Source: Dehalococcoidia bacterium (GTDB lineage: Bacteria; Chloroflexota; Dehalococcoidia; UBA2979). From it: DNA of 64,000 nucleotides. Location: assembly GCA_041390685.1 (NCBI GenBank), contig JAWKPL010000001.1:2081581-2145580 (forward strand), in the 5' to 3' direction. The position numbers and the translations under genes were made by a program. Under the pieces are notes generated by a model that was not told the DNA's origin, did not search any database, and saw only the letters and a program-made list of their open reading frames with translations. This document shows positions 9,338-17,488 of the stretch, one piece after another. Each line of letters begins with the position of its first letter. Within the stretch, counting starts at the first letter, position 1.

Positions 9338-10890
9338 CCACGCCCTCCTCCCGCTGCGACCCGCTGTTGCATGACGTTCGCGCGGCCGGCGCGCAGCCAG
9401 CGGCTCGCCGACGGTGCGCCGCTCGCGGCCGGAGCCGCGCTTGCCACCATTCCCGACGCGAGCGCCGCCGCGATGAGCGCGGTCAGCCCGCGCGGATCCT
9501 CCTCCGGCAACGCCGGCATCGTGAACGAGTTCTCGAGCCAGTTCGTGTGGATCCGCCCCGCCAGGAAATCGTCGTTGTCGATCAGCGCGAGGTGGAACGG
9601 CACGTTCGTATCGACACCCGCGATGAGCAGGTCATGCAGCGCGCGCCGCAACCGCTTGATCGCGAGCTCCCGGTCTTCCGCCCACACGATCAGCTTGCCG
9701 AGCATCGAGTCGTAGAACACCGGCACGTCGAGCCCGTCGAACAGCATCGAGTCGAACCGCGTCCCCGGCCCCAGCGGAGCCTCGACGCGCTCGACGAGCC
9801 CGAGGCTCGGCATGAAGTTCATGTACGGGTTCTCACCGTTGATCCGGCACTCGATCGCCCAGCCGTTCGGCTCGAGCGGCCCTTCGAGCGGCGGCAGCAC
9901 CTGTCCGGACGCCACCTCCAGCTGCTGCTTCACCAGGTCGACGTTGTAGACGAGCTCGGTGACCGGGTGCTCGACCTGCAGGCGCGCGTTCACCTCCAGG
10001 AAGTAGAACTCCCCGCTCTTGTCGAGCAGGAACTCCACCGTCCCGGCGTTGGCGTAGCCGCAGCTCTTCGCCGCCGCCACCGCCGCGTCGCACAGTCGCT
10101 GTCGCAACTCCGGCGACACCGCCACCGAGGGCGCTTCCTCGACGAGCTTCTGGTGCCGCCGCTGCACGGAGCATTCACGCTCGCCGTACGCACGGACGTT
10201 GCCGTGCTGGTCGGCCATCATCTGCACCTCGATGTGCCGCGCCTCGGTGACGAAGCGCTCGAGGAAGATCGTGGCGTCGCCGAACGACGACGCAGCCTCC
10301 GCCCCGGAGGCGCGCATCGCGCCCTCGAGGTCGTCGATCTGCTCGACGACACGGATGCCACGCCCGCCGCCCCCGGCCGCCGCCTTCACGAGCAGCGGGA
10401 AGCCGATGCGCTCTGCCTCCCGGCGCGCTGTCTCGAAGTCGTCCGCGCTGATGTCGTTCGCGCCGGGCACCACGGGCACGCCCGCCGTCTCCATCAACTT
10501 GCGCGCGGACACCTTGTCGCCCAGCGCGCGCATTGCCGATGCGGGCGGGCCGATGAACGTGATCCCTGCCGCCTCACACGCGTCGACGAACCGCGGGTTC
10601 TCCGACAGGAAGCCGTATCCCGGGTGGATCGCGTCGGCGCCGGTGGAGCGCGCCGCGTCGACGATCTTCTCGATCACGAGGTAGGACTCAGTCGACGGCC
10701 CCGGACCGATGCAGACCGCCTGGTCCGCCAGACGGACGTGCAGCGCGTTCCGGTCAGGCTCCGAGTACACGGCCACCGTCTCGATGCCGAGTTCGCGGCA
10801 GGTACGCTGGACACGCAGGGCAATCTCGCCGCGGTTCGCGATGAGCACGCGTTTGAACAACGCTCTCGCCTCCATCAGCCGTGGTTCCAA
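9310..10890 (-). CDS. accC: Biotin carboxylase (acetyl/acyl-CoA carboxylase)
   Basis: FKRVLIANRGEIALRV, HPGYGFLSEN and an ATP-grasp core. The track start is TTG at 10890; an in-frame ATG at 10875 is also possible. A ~70-aa C-terminal extension overlaps the BCCP-like gene start by 28 nt. Confidence 0.93.
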   Translation of the reverse strand: MEPRLMEARALFKRVLIANRGEIALRVQRTCRELGIETVAVYSEPDRNALHVRLADQAVCIGPGPSTESYLVIEKIVDAARSTGADAIHPGYGFLSENPRFVDACEAAGITFIGPPASAMRALGDKVSARKLMETAGVPVVPGANDISADDFETARREAERIGFPLLVKAAAGGGGRGIRVVEQIDDLEGAMRASGAEAASSFGDATIFLERFVTEARHIEVQMMADQHGNVRAYGERECSVQRRHQKLVEEAPSVAVSPELRQRLCDAAVAAAKSCGYANAGTVEFLLDKSGEFYFLEVNARLQVEHPVTELVYNVDLVKQQLEVASGQVLPPLEGPLEPNGWAIECRINGENPYMNFMPSLGLVERVEAPLGPGTRFDSMLFDGLDVPVFYDSMLGKLIVWAEDRELAIKRLRRALHDLLIAGVDTNVPFHLALIDNDDFLAGRIHTNWLENSFTMPALPEEDPRGLTALIAAALASGMVASAAPAASGAPSASRWLRAGRANVMQQRVAAGGGRGWRRGTGSS

Positions 10891-10965
10891 GAGTTGCCGT
10901 AGCCTCGCACGTCAGCGCGGGTGCGGCAACCTCCGGCGCGTTGACGGTTCTGGCATGCTGTACGC

Positions 10966-11541
10966 GTGACAAAGCCGGTCGCGCTCCTTCTCGCGCTCCT
11001 CGGCGCGCTGGCGCTTGCCGCGTGCGGGAGCGACGAGTCCCCGGAAGCCACGCCGACCGTCACGCAGACCGCGACGCCGGTCGCCAGCCCGACCCTGACC
11101 GCGACTTCGCCAGCCACGCCCACTGCGACGTCGACCGCGACAGCCACCAGCACCCCCGCCTCCGGCGCGCCGGCGGGATACGACACGTCGTGCGCCGCCG
11201 GATACCCGTGGGGCCAGACCGTGGGTGGCCCATTCGTCTGCATCCAGTTCCCGAACAGCGGCATCACCCCCTCGGGCAGCGTCCCCCTGAGCGGCTACGC
11301 CGGCGGGTCGTTCGAGAACAACGTCGTCGTGGCCCTCCGCGACGAGAACAACGCGACGCTCCTCCAGCAGCCGCTGACCTATACCGCCCCCGACGTCGGC
11401 AAGCCCGGCGCCTGGCAGACGAGTGTGCCGCTGCCGCCCGGTCCGCCGTCCGGCTCGCCGGGCCGCATCGTCGTCTACTTCACCAGTCCCCGCGACGGCC
11501 AGGTCGTCGCCCTTGACAGCATCGAGCTGCGCTTCCCCTAG
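10966..11541 (+). CDS. Lipoprotein with a Thr/Pro-rich linker and a Gmad2-like immunoglobulin-fold domain
   Basis: Signal peptide plus lipobox (LALAAC), then a TPTVTQTATPVASPTLTATSPATPTATSTATATSTP linker. The C-terminal block VPLSGYAGGSFENNVVVALRDENNATLLQQPLT...GRIVVYFTSPRDG resembles the Gmad2 family. Confidence 0.7.
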   Translation: MTKPVALLLALLGALALAACGSDESPEATPTVTQTATPVASPTLTATSPATPTATSTATATSTPASGAPAGYDTSCAAGYPWGQTVGGPFVCIQFPNSGITPSGSVPLSGYAGGSFENNVVVALRDENNATLLQQPLTYTAPDVGKPGAWQTSVPLPPGPPSGSPGRIVVYFTSPRDGQVVALDSIELRFP

Positions 11542-12170
11542 TTCCAACGGGGAGGAAATTGCGAATCGACGTGGTGCTCCCGAGGCATGGTCCTTGAAAT
11601 GGTCTGGAGCGCCTCGCGCGCCTTTCGAATCTCGTCTCTCAAGGAGACTGCGATACGGTTCGGGTGGTTCTCCGTCACCAGCATCTGCGCCGTCATCGCC
11701 GACTCGAGCACGTCGTTCAGCTCAATCCGGTCGTGGCTGGTATGACGGCGACGGTCCACGGAGGAACTGCTCGTCGAAACGTCAACGCCACCTAGCTCAC
11801 GAACCTCATCTAGGCTCAGCGCAGCTTCGACGCCCTCTCGCGACGAGGGCATCTTCAGGTCTTCGAACTCGCCAGGTGCCAGAGCGGGCCATCGGAGGAC
11901 GACCGGGCGCTCCAGTGCGTCGAATCGGAGTGTGAACTCGATGTCCAGAGCTGGTCCCGCGCCGAGGTTCCCTAATCGCAGGAAGACCAGATTCGCAGCT
12001 GGAGCAAACAACCATGCGGAAAGTCTTGGTTCGCTACTCCCTTGTGCGATCTGTTTCGTGTACGCAGTGTATCGCCAAGTAACGGCGACCAGCGCCAATG
12101 TCGTGAGGAAGGCCGCCAGAGACGACAAGCCCGAGATTGCGCCCTGATTCTCGTTCAAGAAGTCAAGCAC
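11538..12170 (-). CDS. Orphan hypothetical protein with one N-terminal TM helix and atypical codon usage
   Basis: The track ORF (to 12266) overlaps thrS, so I trimmed it to GTG at 12170, which is preceded by GGGAGATAGGGGG. Many A/T-ending codons (CTT, AAT, GCA, ACA, GTT, CGA, AAA, CAA, TTA) contrast with the neighbours. I recognise no domain. Confidence 0.55.
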   Translation of the reverse strand: MLDFLNENQGAISGLSSLAAFLTTLALVAVTWRYTAYTKQIAQGSSEPRLSAWLFAPAANLVFLRLGNLGAGPALDIEFTLRFDALERPVVLRWPALAPGEFEDLKMPSSREGVEAALSLDEVRELGGVDVSTSSSSVDRRRHTSHDRIELNDVLESAMTAQMLVTENHPNRIAVSLRDEIRKAREALQTISRTMPREHHVDSQFPPRWN

Positions 12171-12195
12171 GAAAGTCCCCCTATCTCCCACCGCG

Positions 12196-13941
12196 TCAAT
12201 CCGAAGCCCGCGAGTCTCGCTCCTCCACGAGCTTCGCCACCAGCCCGCCCAGTGGCATCGCCCCAAGGTCGCCCCCGCTGCGCGTGCGTACGCCCACGGC
12301 CCCCGCCTCGGCCTCCCGGTCGCCCACCACGAGCATGTAGGGCACCTTCTGCAGCTGCGCGTGCCGGATCTTCGCTCCCATGCGGTCCGGCCCTGAGTCG
12401 ACCTGCGCCCGCAGCCCCGCCCGCGCGAGGGCGGCCCGCACGTCCTCGGCGTAGTCGAGATGCCGGTCTGCGATCGGGATGACTACGGCCTGCGTCGGCG
12501 CCAGCCACAGGGGGAACCGCCCCTCGACGTGCTCGATGTACACACCGAGGAACCGCTCGAGCGAGCCGAAGACCGCGCGGTGGATCATCACCGGCGTGTG
12601 CTCGGCGCCGTCCGCGCCGATGTAGCGCAGCCCGAACCGCGTCGGCATCGCCTGGTCGATCTGAATCGTCCCGAGCTGCCACGACCGTCCGAGGGCGTCA
12701 CGGAAGTGGAACTCTACCTTCGGCGCGTAGAATGCCGCTTCGCCCGGCGCGATGGTGTACGTCCATCCGGCCGCGGCGACCGCTTCTTGCAGCTGTTGCT
12801 CGGCCCGGTCCCAGTTCTCGATCTCGCCGATGAAGTACTCGCCACGCGTCGCGATCTTCACCTCCACGTCGAGCAGCCCGAGGTCGCCGTAGACCTCGCG
12901 CACCATGTCGAAGAAGCGCGCGATCTCTTCCGGCTGCTGCTCCAGCGTGCAGTAGATGTGTGCGTCGTCCTGCGAGAACGACCGCACCCGGGTCAGCCCG
13001 TGCAGCACGCCGGAGCGCTCGTTTCGGTGTAGGCGCGTGAACTCGGCGTAGCGGATCGGTAGCTCCCGATAGGAGTGCAGGCCGTAGCGGTAGAGCATGC
13101 AGTGACCGGGGCAGTTCATCGGCTTCAGGCCCGACTCCACGTCGTCGTCGCGCATCTTGAACATGTCCGGGAACAGGTCGTAGTGACCCGAGGTCTTGAA
13201 GATCTCGGTGTCGAACATCTGCGGCGTGATCACCTCCTGGTAGCCGTACTTCGGGTACAGCGACCGGATGTAGTCCACCAGCGTCTGGTACAGCACCGCG
13301 CCCTTCGGATGGAAGAACGGTGACCCTGGGGAGATCGGGTCGAGGTGGAACAGGTCGAGCTCCGGTCCCAGCCGCCGGTGGTCGCGCCGCTCCGCCTCCT
13401 CGCGCGCCGTGAGGTACGCGTCCAGCTCCTCCGGCGTCGGGAACAGCGCGCCGTAGATGCGCTGCAACATCGGGCGGTGCTCATCGCCGCGCCAGTACGC
13501 GCCCGCCACATGCGTGAGCTTGAACGCCCCGAGCTGGCCCGTGCGCTCGGTGTGACCGCCGCGGCAGAGGTCCTGGAACTCCCCGTGCCGGAAGTACCCC
13601 ACGGTCGGGTCGTCGATGTCCGCGATCAGCTCCAGCTTGTACGGCTGGTCGGCGAAGATGCGCCGCGCGTCCTCTTTCGGGATCTGTTCTCCCACGATCG
13701 GCAGGTCGCGTTCCACCGAGACACGCATGCGCGCCTCGAGCGTTTCGAGGTCGTCCGGTGTGAGCGGCCGCGGCAGGTCGAAGTCGTAGTAGAACCCGTT
13801 CTCGATCGGCGGGCCGATGGCGTACTTCGCCTCCGGGAACATCTCCAGCACCGCCTCCGCGAGCACGTGCGCCGCCGAGTGCCGCTGCCGGAACAACCGC
13901 TCTTCGGGCGCCAGCTGTTCGAATGCCACCTCGTCGCTCAT
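12196..13941 (-). CDS. thrS: Threonine-tRNA ligase lacking the N-terminal TGS domain
   Basis: 581 aa. HSAAHVLAEAV...IGPPIENGFYYDFD (editing/SAD domain) begins near residue 20, followed by a class II core and an anticodon-binding domain. Confidence 0.95.
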   Translation of the reverse strand: MSDEVAFEQLAPEERLFRQRHSAAHVLAEAVLEMFPEAKYAIGPPIENGFYYDFDLPRPLTPDDLETLEARMRVSVERDLPIVGEQIPKEDARRIFADQPYKLELIADIDDPTVGYFRHGEFQDLCRGGHTERTGQLGAFKLTHVAGAYWRGDEHRPMLQRIYGALFPTPEELDAYLTAREEAERRDHRRLGPELDLFHLDPISPGSPFFHPKGAVLYQTLVDYIRSLYPKYGYQEVITPQMFDTEIFKTSGHYDLFPDMFKMRDDDVESGLKPMNCPGHCMLYRYGLHSYRELPIRYAEFTRLHRNERSGVLHGLTRVRSFSQDDAHIYCTLEQQPEEIARFFDMVREVYGDLGLLDVEVKIATRGEYFIGEIENWDRAEQQLQEAVAAAGWTYTIAPGEAAFYAPKVEFHFRDALGRSWQLGTIQIDQAMPTRFGLRYIGADGAEHTPVMIHRAVFGSLERFLGVYIEHVEGRFPLWLAPTQAVVIPIADRHLDYAEDVRAALARAGLRAQVDSGPDRMGAKIRHAQLQKVPYMLVVGDREAEAGAVGVRTRSGGDLGAMPLGGLVAKLVEERDSRASD

Positions 13942-14262
13942 CGTTCGCTCCTTTGCTGCACACTCCGCCTCGAGGCCTGAGCCCGACCAACGAGAAAGGC
14001 ACGCTTCCCGTCCCGCAGGGACGAGAGGCGTGCCTCACGTGGTTCCACCCCGATTCCCCCGCGCACCGCGCCGCGAGGCTCATCGTGGCCGCTAACGAGG
14101 CCAGCCGCCGCGGGTTCGCCCGCGGACTCCGAGGCGGTGTCTTCGCCGCTCGCCTGTCGGGGCTTCCAGCCGCTGGCCCCGGCTCTCTGGCAGGCGCTTC
14201 AGGCGGCGAAGCGCTGTCCTCATCGACGTTCGTATCTCAGCGTCCATCCAGCGACGCCGTCT
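13942..14262 (-). promoter_or_regulatory. T-box riboswitch leader with a Thr (ACC) specifier, controlling thrS
   Basis: Read on the minus strand, the T-box sequence is AAUCGGGGUGGAACCACG (14055-14038). Stem I can be drawn by hand as follows:
- CUUCGCCGC/GCGGCGAAG and CGCCUG/CAGGCG helices
- AGAGAG bulge (14188-14183)
- CGGGGC/GCCCCG helix capped by a loop containing GCUGGAA (14170-14164)
- ACC in an internal loop on the 3' side (14138-14136)

A terminator and the SD AAAGGAG follow. A possible extended -10 (TGaTAGGAT) lies at 14276-14268. Confidence 0.8.
13989..14034 (-). terminator. Intrinsic terminator of the thrS T-box leader
   Basis: Minus-strand RNA GGCACGCCUCUCGUCCC-UGC-GGGACGGGAAGCGUGCC is followed by UUUCUCGUU. 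Its 5' arm overlaps the 3' end of the T-box sequence, giving the mutually exclusive antiterminator logic. Confidence 0.7.
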
Positions 14263-14298
14263 CCGCCATCCTATCAGCGTCTTCGTCCGCGGGGAGCC

Positions 14299-14670
14299 CT
14301 ATCGGTGCTGGTCGATCAGGACGGGGTTGCCGTCCGGGTCCGTGAGCGTGAAGTACGCCGGGCCAGATTCTGACTCCGAGGTGTTCCCGTCGCCCACGGC
14401 GAGCCCGGCTGCCTCGGCCTGCCGGCGCAGCTCGCGGACGTCCGTGAAGCTCGCCACCGGCTGCGCCGCCTGGTCCCACCCCGGATTGAAGGTCAGCATG
14501 TTGCGCTCGAACATCCCCTGGAACAGCCCGATCACCGTCGGCCCGTTCGTCATGATCAGCCAGCCCTCGTCACCGTCCATCGTCGAGGTGAAGCCGAGGG
14601 CCTCGTAAAATGCCCGCGACGCCGCGAGGTCTCGCACGGCGAGGCTGACCGAGAAGGCTCCAAGTTCCAT
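14299..14670 (-). CDS. VOC-family (glyoxalase/bleomycin-resistance fold) protein
   Basis: 123 aa. [22 protein letters not shown] and [13 protein letters not shown] are typical VOC beta-alpha-beta-beta-beta modules. Confidence 0.75.
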
Positions 14671-14763
14671 CCGTCTCCTCCGTCCTCAGATGCGTCGGAC
14701 GCGCGCGCGGCCGTCCGCGGGCGCGGGTCCCGTGTCGGGAGCGGTCGCGAAGAGGATAGGGGA

Positions 14764-14840
14764 TGGTGGGCGATACTGGATTCGAACCAGTGACCTCTGC
14801 GATGTCAACGCAGCGCTCTAACCAACTGAGCTAACCGCCC
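14764..14840 (-). tRNA. tRNA-Val (anticodon GAC), CCA encoded
   Basis: GGGCGGTTAGCTCAGTTGGTTAGAGCGCTGCGTTGACATCGCAGAGGTCACTGGTTCGAATCCAGTATCGCCCACCA folds as a cloverleaf by hand, with anticodon loop TTGACAT. Confidence 0.92.
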
Positions 14841-14954
14841 GCCGGGGTGCCGGTTCACGGCAGATGCTGAGCGTAGCGCCGCCTCCGATCCGCAGTCAAC
14901 GACGCACGCGATTACACAGCTTGTGAAGCCGCACTTCAGGGCTCCAAACGTTCG

Positions 14955-14983
14955 TTGACACCTGATCTGCCGCCTGATAACGT
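14955..14983 (+). promoter_or_regulatory. Candidate promoter for the tRNA-Lys/tRNA-Leu (and possibly ABC ATPase) transcript
   Basis: TTGACA (14955-14960), a 17-nt spacer, then TAACGT (14978-14983), about 70 nt upstream of tRNA-Lys. The -10 element is weak. Confidence 0.35.
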
Positions 14984-15053
14984 CGCGCCCCACGAAGCGG
15001 GACTTCGGCGCGAAACGTGGCGACGAGGCGAGATGCTGATATCCTGAGAACGT

Positions 15054-15129
15054 GGGCCTCTAGCTCAACTGGCAGAGCAGCTGACTCTTAATCAGCCGGT
15101 TCAGGGTTCGAGTCCCTGGGGGCTCACCA
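15054..15129 (+). tRNA. tRNA-Lys (anticodon CTT), CCA encoded
   Basis: GGGCCTCTAGCTCAACTGGCAGAGCAGCTGACTCTTAATCAGCCGGTTCAGGGTTCGAGTCCCTGGGGGCTCACCA, with anticodon loop CTCTTAA. Confidence 0.9.
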
Positions 15130-15184
15130 GCTTACCTATCTCGTCACACCGAGCGTTGGATCCCTAAAAAGGGGCGTCGGCCGG

Positions 15185-15269
15185 GGGGAAGTGTCGGAAC
15201 TGGCAGACGAGCATGACTTAGGATCATGTGCCGCAAGGCGTAGGAGTTCGAGTCTCCTCTTCCCCACCA
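15185..15269 (+). tRNA. tRNA-Leu (anticodon TAG), long variable arm, CCA encoded
   Basis: GGGGAAGTGTCGGAACTGGCAGACGAGCATGACTTAGGATCATGTGCCGCAAGGCGTAGGAGTTCGAGTCTCCTCTTCCCCACCA, with anticodon loop CTTAGGA. Confidence 0.9.
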
Positions 15270-15320
15270 TCGGGGCGAGGACCCCTGGAACTCTCCCGAT
15301 CGGCCGGCCAGGGGGGGCGA

Positions 15321-16352
15321 ATGGCAAAGCTGCTTGAGGTCAGGAATCTCCGCACCTACTTCTACACGGAAGAAGGTGTCGTCCGCGCCGTGGACGGCGT
15401 GACATGGGAGCTCGAGGAGGGCGAGACCCTCGGACTCGTCGGTGAGTCGGGCTCTGGCAAGTCCGTCACCGCGATGTCCATCCTCCGGCTCATCCCGCGC
15501 CCGCCCGGGCGCATCGTCGAAGGCGAGATCATCTTCGAGGGCCAGGACCTCCTGAAGGCCAGCGACGACGAGATCCGCCACATCCGCGGCAACCGCATCG
15601 GCATGGTCTTCCAGGAGCCGATGACCTCCCTCAACCCCGTCCTCACCATCGGCGCCCAGATCGGCGAAGCGCTGAAGCTCCACCTCGGCCTCGACGACGC
15701 GCAGTCTGACGCCCGCGTCATCGAACTCCTCGAGCTGGTCGGCATCCCAGAGTCCGCGAACCGCCTGCGCGACTACCCCCATCAGTTCTCCGGCGGCATG
15801 CGCCAGCGCGTCATGATCGCCATGGCGCTCGCCTGTAACCCGAAACTGCTCATCGCTGACGAACCCACGACCGCCCTCGACGTCACCATTCAGGCGCAGG
15901 TCCTGGAGGTCATGGCGCGCCTCTCTCACGAGCTCGGCACCGCCGTCGTCATCATCACCCACAACCTCGGCGTCGTGTCCCGCTACGCTGACCGCGTCAA
16001 CGTCATGTACGCCGGCAAGATCGTCGAGTCCGGTTCCACCATCGACATCTTCAAAGACCCGCGGCACCCCTACACCGTCGGTCTCATGGCCTCGGTGCCG
16101 CGTCTCGACGCTACCGAGCACAAGCGGCTCTACGCCATCGACGGCCAGCCGCCTCTGCTTATCGACCCGATCCCCGGCTGCCCGTTCGAGCCGCGTTGCG
16201 ACTGGCGCATCGACAAGTGCAAGACGGATGCACCGCCGCTCGAACTGAAGACTCCCAAGCACTGGGCAGCGTGCTGGGTCAACCCGCAGGTGGACGGACG
16301 CACGGTGATCCGCGACGAAGTCGCGGGCGCCGAACTCGCGACGCAGGCGTAA
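15321..16352 (+). CDS. Oligopeptide/dipeptide ABC transporter ATP-binding protein (OppD/DppD type)
   Basis: Trimmed to ATG at 15321 ([14 protein letters not shown]), because the track start lies inside tRNA-Leu. Walker A GESGSGKS, the LSGGMRQR-type signature (FSGGMRQRV) and the oligo_HPY C-terminal motif DPRHPYT are present. Confidence 0.9.
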
Positions 16353-16373
16353 GAGGACGAGGGAGAGACGGCC

Positions 16374-17393
16374 ATGACCACGACCGAGTCCACGACCTCT
16401 CAGATGACCGGCGGCGCCGAGCGCAAGGGCCTCGTCGACGTCAACAACCTCAAGATGTACTTCCCGGTCACCGCCGGCGTCCTTGTCCAGCGCAAGGTCG
16501 CCGAGGTCAAAGCCGTTGACGACGTGAGCTTCTTCGTCCGCAAGGGCGAGACGCTCGGCCTCGTCGGCGAGTCGGGCTGCGGCAAGTCCACCACCGGACG
16601 CGCCGTCCTTCAGCTCTACAAGCCCTCCGGCGGCTCCGTGAACTTCGACGGCACCGAGCTCACCACACTCAAGCCGAAGGACCTCCGACACTTCCGCCGC
16701 CGCATGCAGATGATCTTCCAGGATCCGTACTCGTCGTTGAACCCTCGTATGAACGTCCAGAGCATCATCGCGGAGCCGATGGTGATCCACGGCCTCCACA
16801 AGGGGAACGAGCGGCGCGACCGTATCACCTACATCATGAACGCGGTCGGGCTCAACCCCTACTTCGCCAAGCGCTTCCCGCACGAGTTCTCCGGCGGCCA
16901 GCGCCAGCGTATCGGCATCGCCCGCGCGCTCGCCGTCGAGCCGGACTTCATCGTCGCTGACGAGCCCGTCTCCGCCCTTGACGTCTCCATCCAGGCACAG
17001 ATCGTCAACCTGATGGAAGACCTCCAGCAGGAGTTCAACCTCACGTACCTGTTCATCGCCCACGACCTCGCTGTCGTGCGGCACATCTCGGACCGCGTCG
17101 CCGTCATGTACCTCGGCAAGGTCATGGAGCTCGCGAACTCCACCGAGCTGTACGAGAACCCGCTCCACCCCTACACGAAGGCGCTGCTCTCGGCCATCCC
17201 CATCACCGACCCCGAGCTCGAGCGGACTCGCGAGCGGATCATCCTCACGGGCGACGTGCCGTCGCCCCTGCGCCCGCCTCCCGGCTGCGTCTTCAACACG
17301 CGCTGCCCGATCGCCATCGAGGAGTGCCGCGAGCGCGTCCCCGAGTGGCGCGAGGTCGTCCCCGAGCACTGGGTCGCCTGTCACCGCGTCTAG
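16374..17393 (+). CDS. Oligopeptide/dipeptide ABC transporter ATP-binding protein (OppF/DppF type)
   Basis: [35 protein letters not shown] and NPLHPYT. Confidence 0.9.
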
Positions 17394-17414
17394 TTCAGCC
17401 TCGCCGAAACGCCC

Positions 17415-17446
17415 GAAGTCGCGCCCCCCGGGGCGCGATTTCGTTT
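17415..17446 (+). terminator. Intrinsic terminator after the ABC ATPase pair
   Basis: GAAGTCGCGCCC-CCCG-GGGCGCGATTTC forms a 12-bp stem including one G-U pair, running into a TTTCGTTT tract. Confidence 0.7.
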
Positions 17447-17488
17447 CCCCGTCGAGCGCCCAGCGACGCACACCCGTAGGATGGATGA

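Noticed and set aside
11040-11165. Repetitive ACC/CCG/GCG-rich tract considered as a tandem DNA repeat. A similar tract lies at 58700-59020.
   Set aside because: Both lie inside lipoprotein genes and translate to irregular Thr/Pro/Ala linkers. The period is not fixed at the nucleotide level, so they are low-complexity coding sequence rather than a repeat element.
11538-11541. Convergent gene pairs whose stop codons share a palindromic CTAG. This occurs here and again at 47354-47357.
   Set aside because: It is a neat arrangement, but with only two cases it is most simply explained by chance use of TAG stops on both strands. No associated structure or repeat was seen.
14764-15269. The tRNA cluster as an integration hotspot or boundary of a mobile element.
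   Set aside because: There is no integrase, recombinase or phage-like gene on either side. I saw no duplicated tRNA 3' segment nearby. The atypical-codon orphan gene lies 2.6 kb away with normal genes in between. A genome-wide search for att-like repeats of the tRNA 3' ends would be the decisive test.
15144-17471. 775-aa minus-strand ORF, the longest in this region of the track.
   Set aside because: It is antisense to two unmistakable ABC ATPase genes and runs through tRNA-Leu. Its composition is dominated by Asp/Gly/Arg/Val/Ala with no motifs. It is a typical stop-free antisense frame in very GC-rich DNA.
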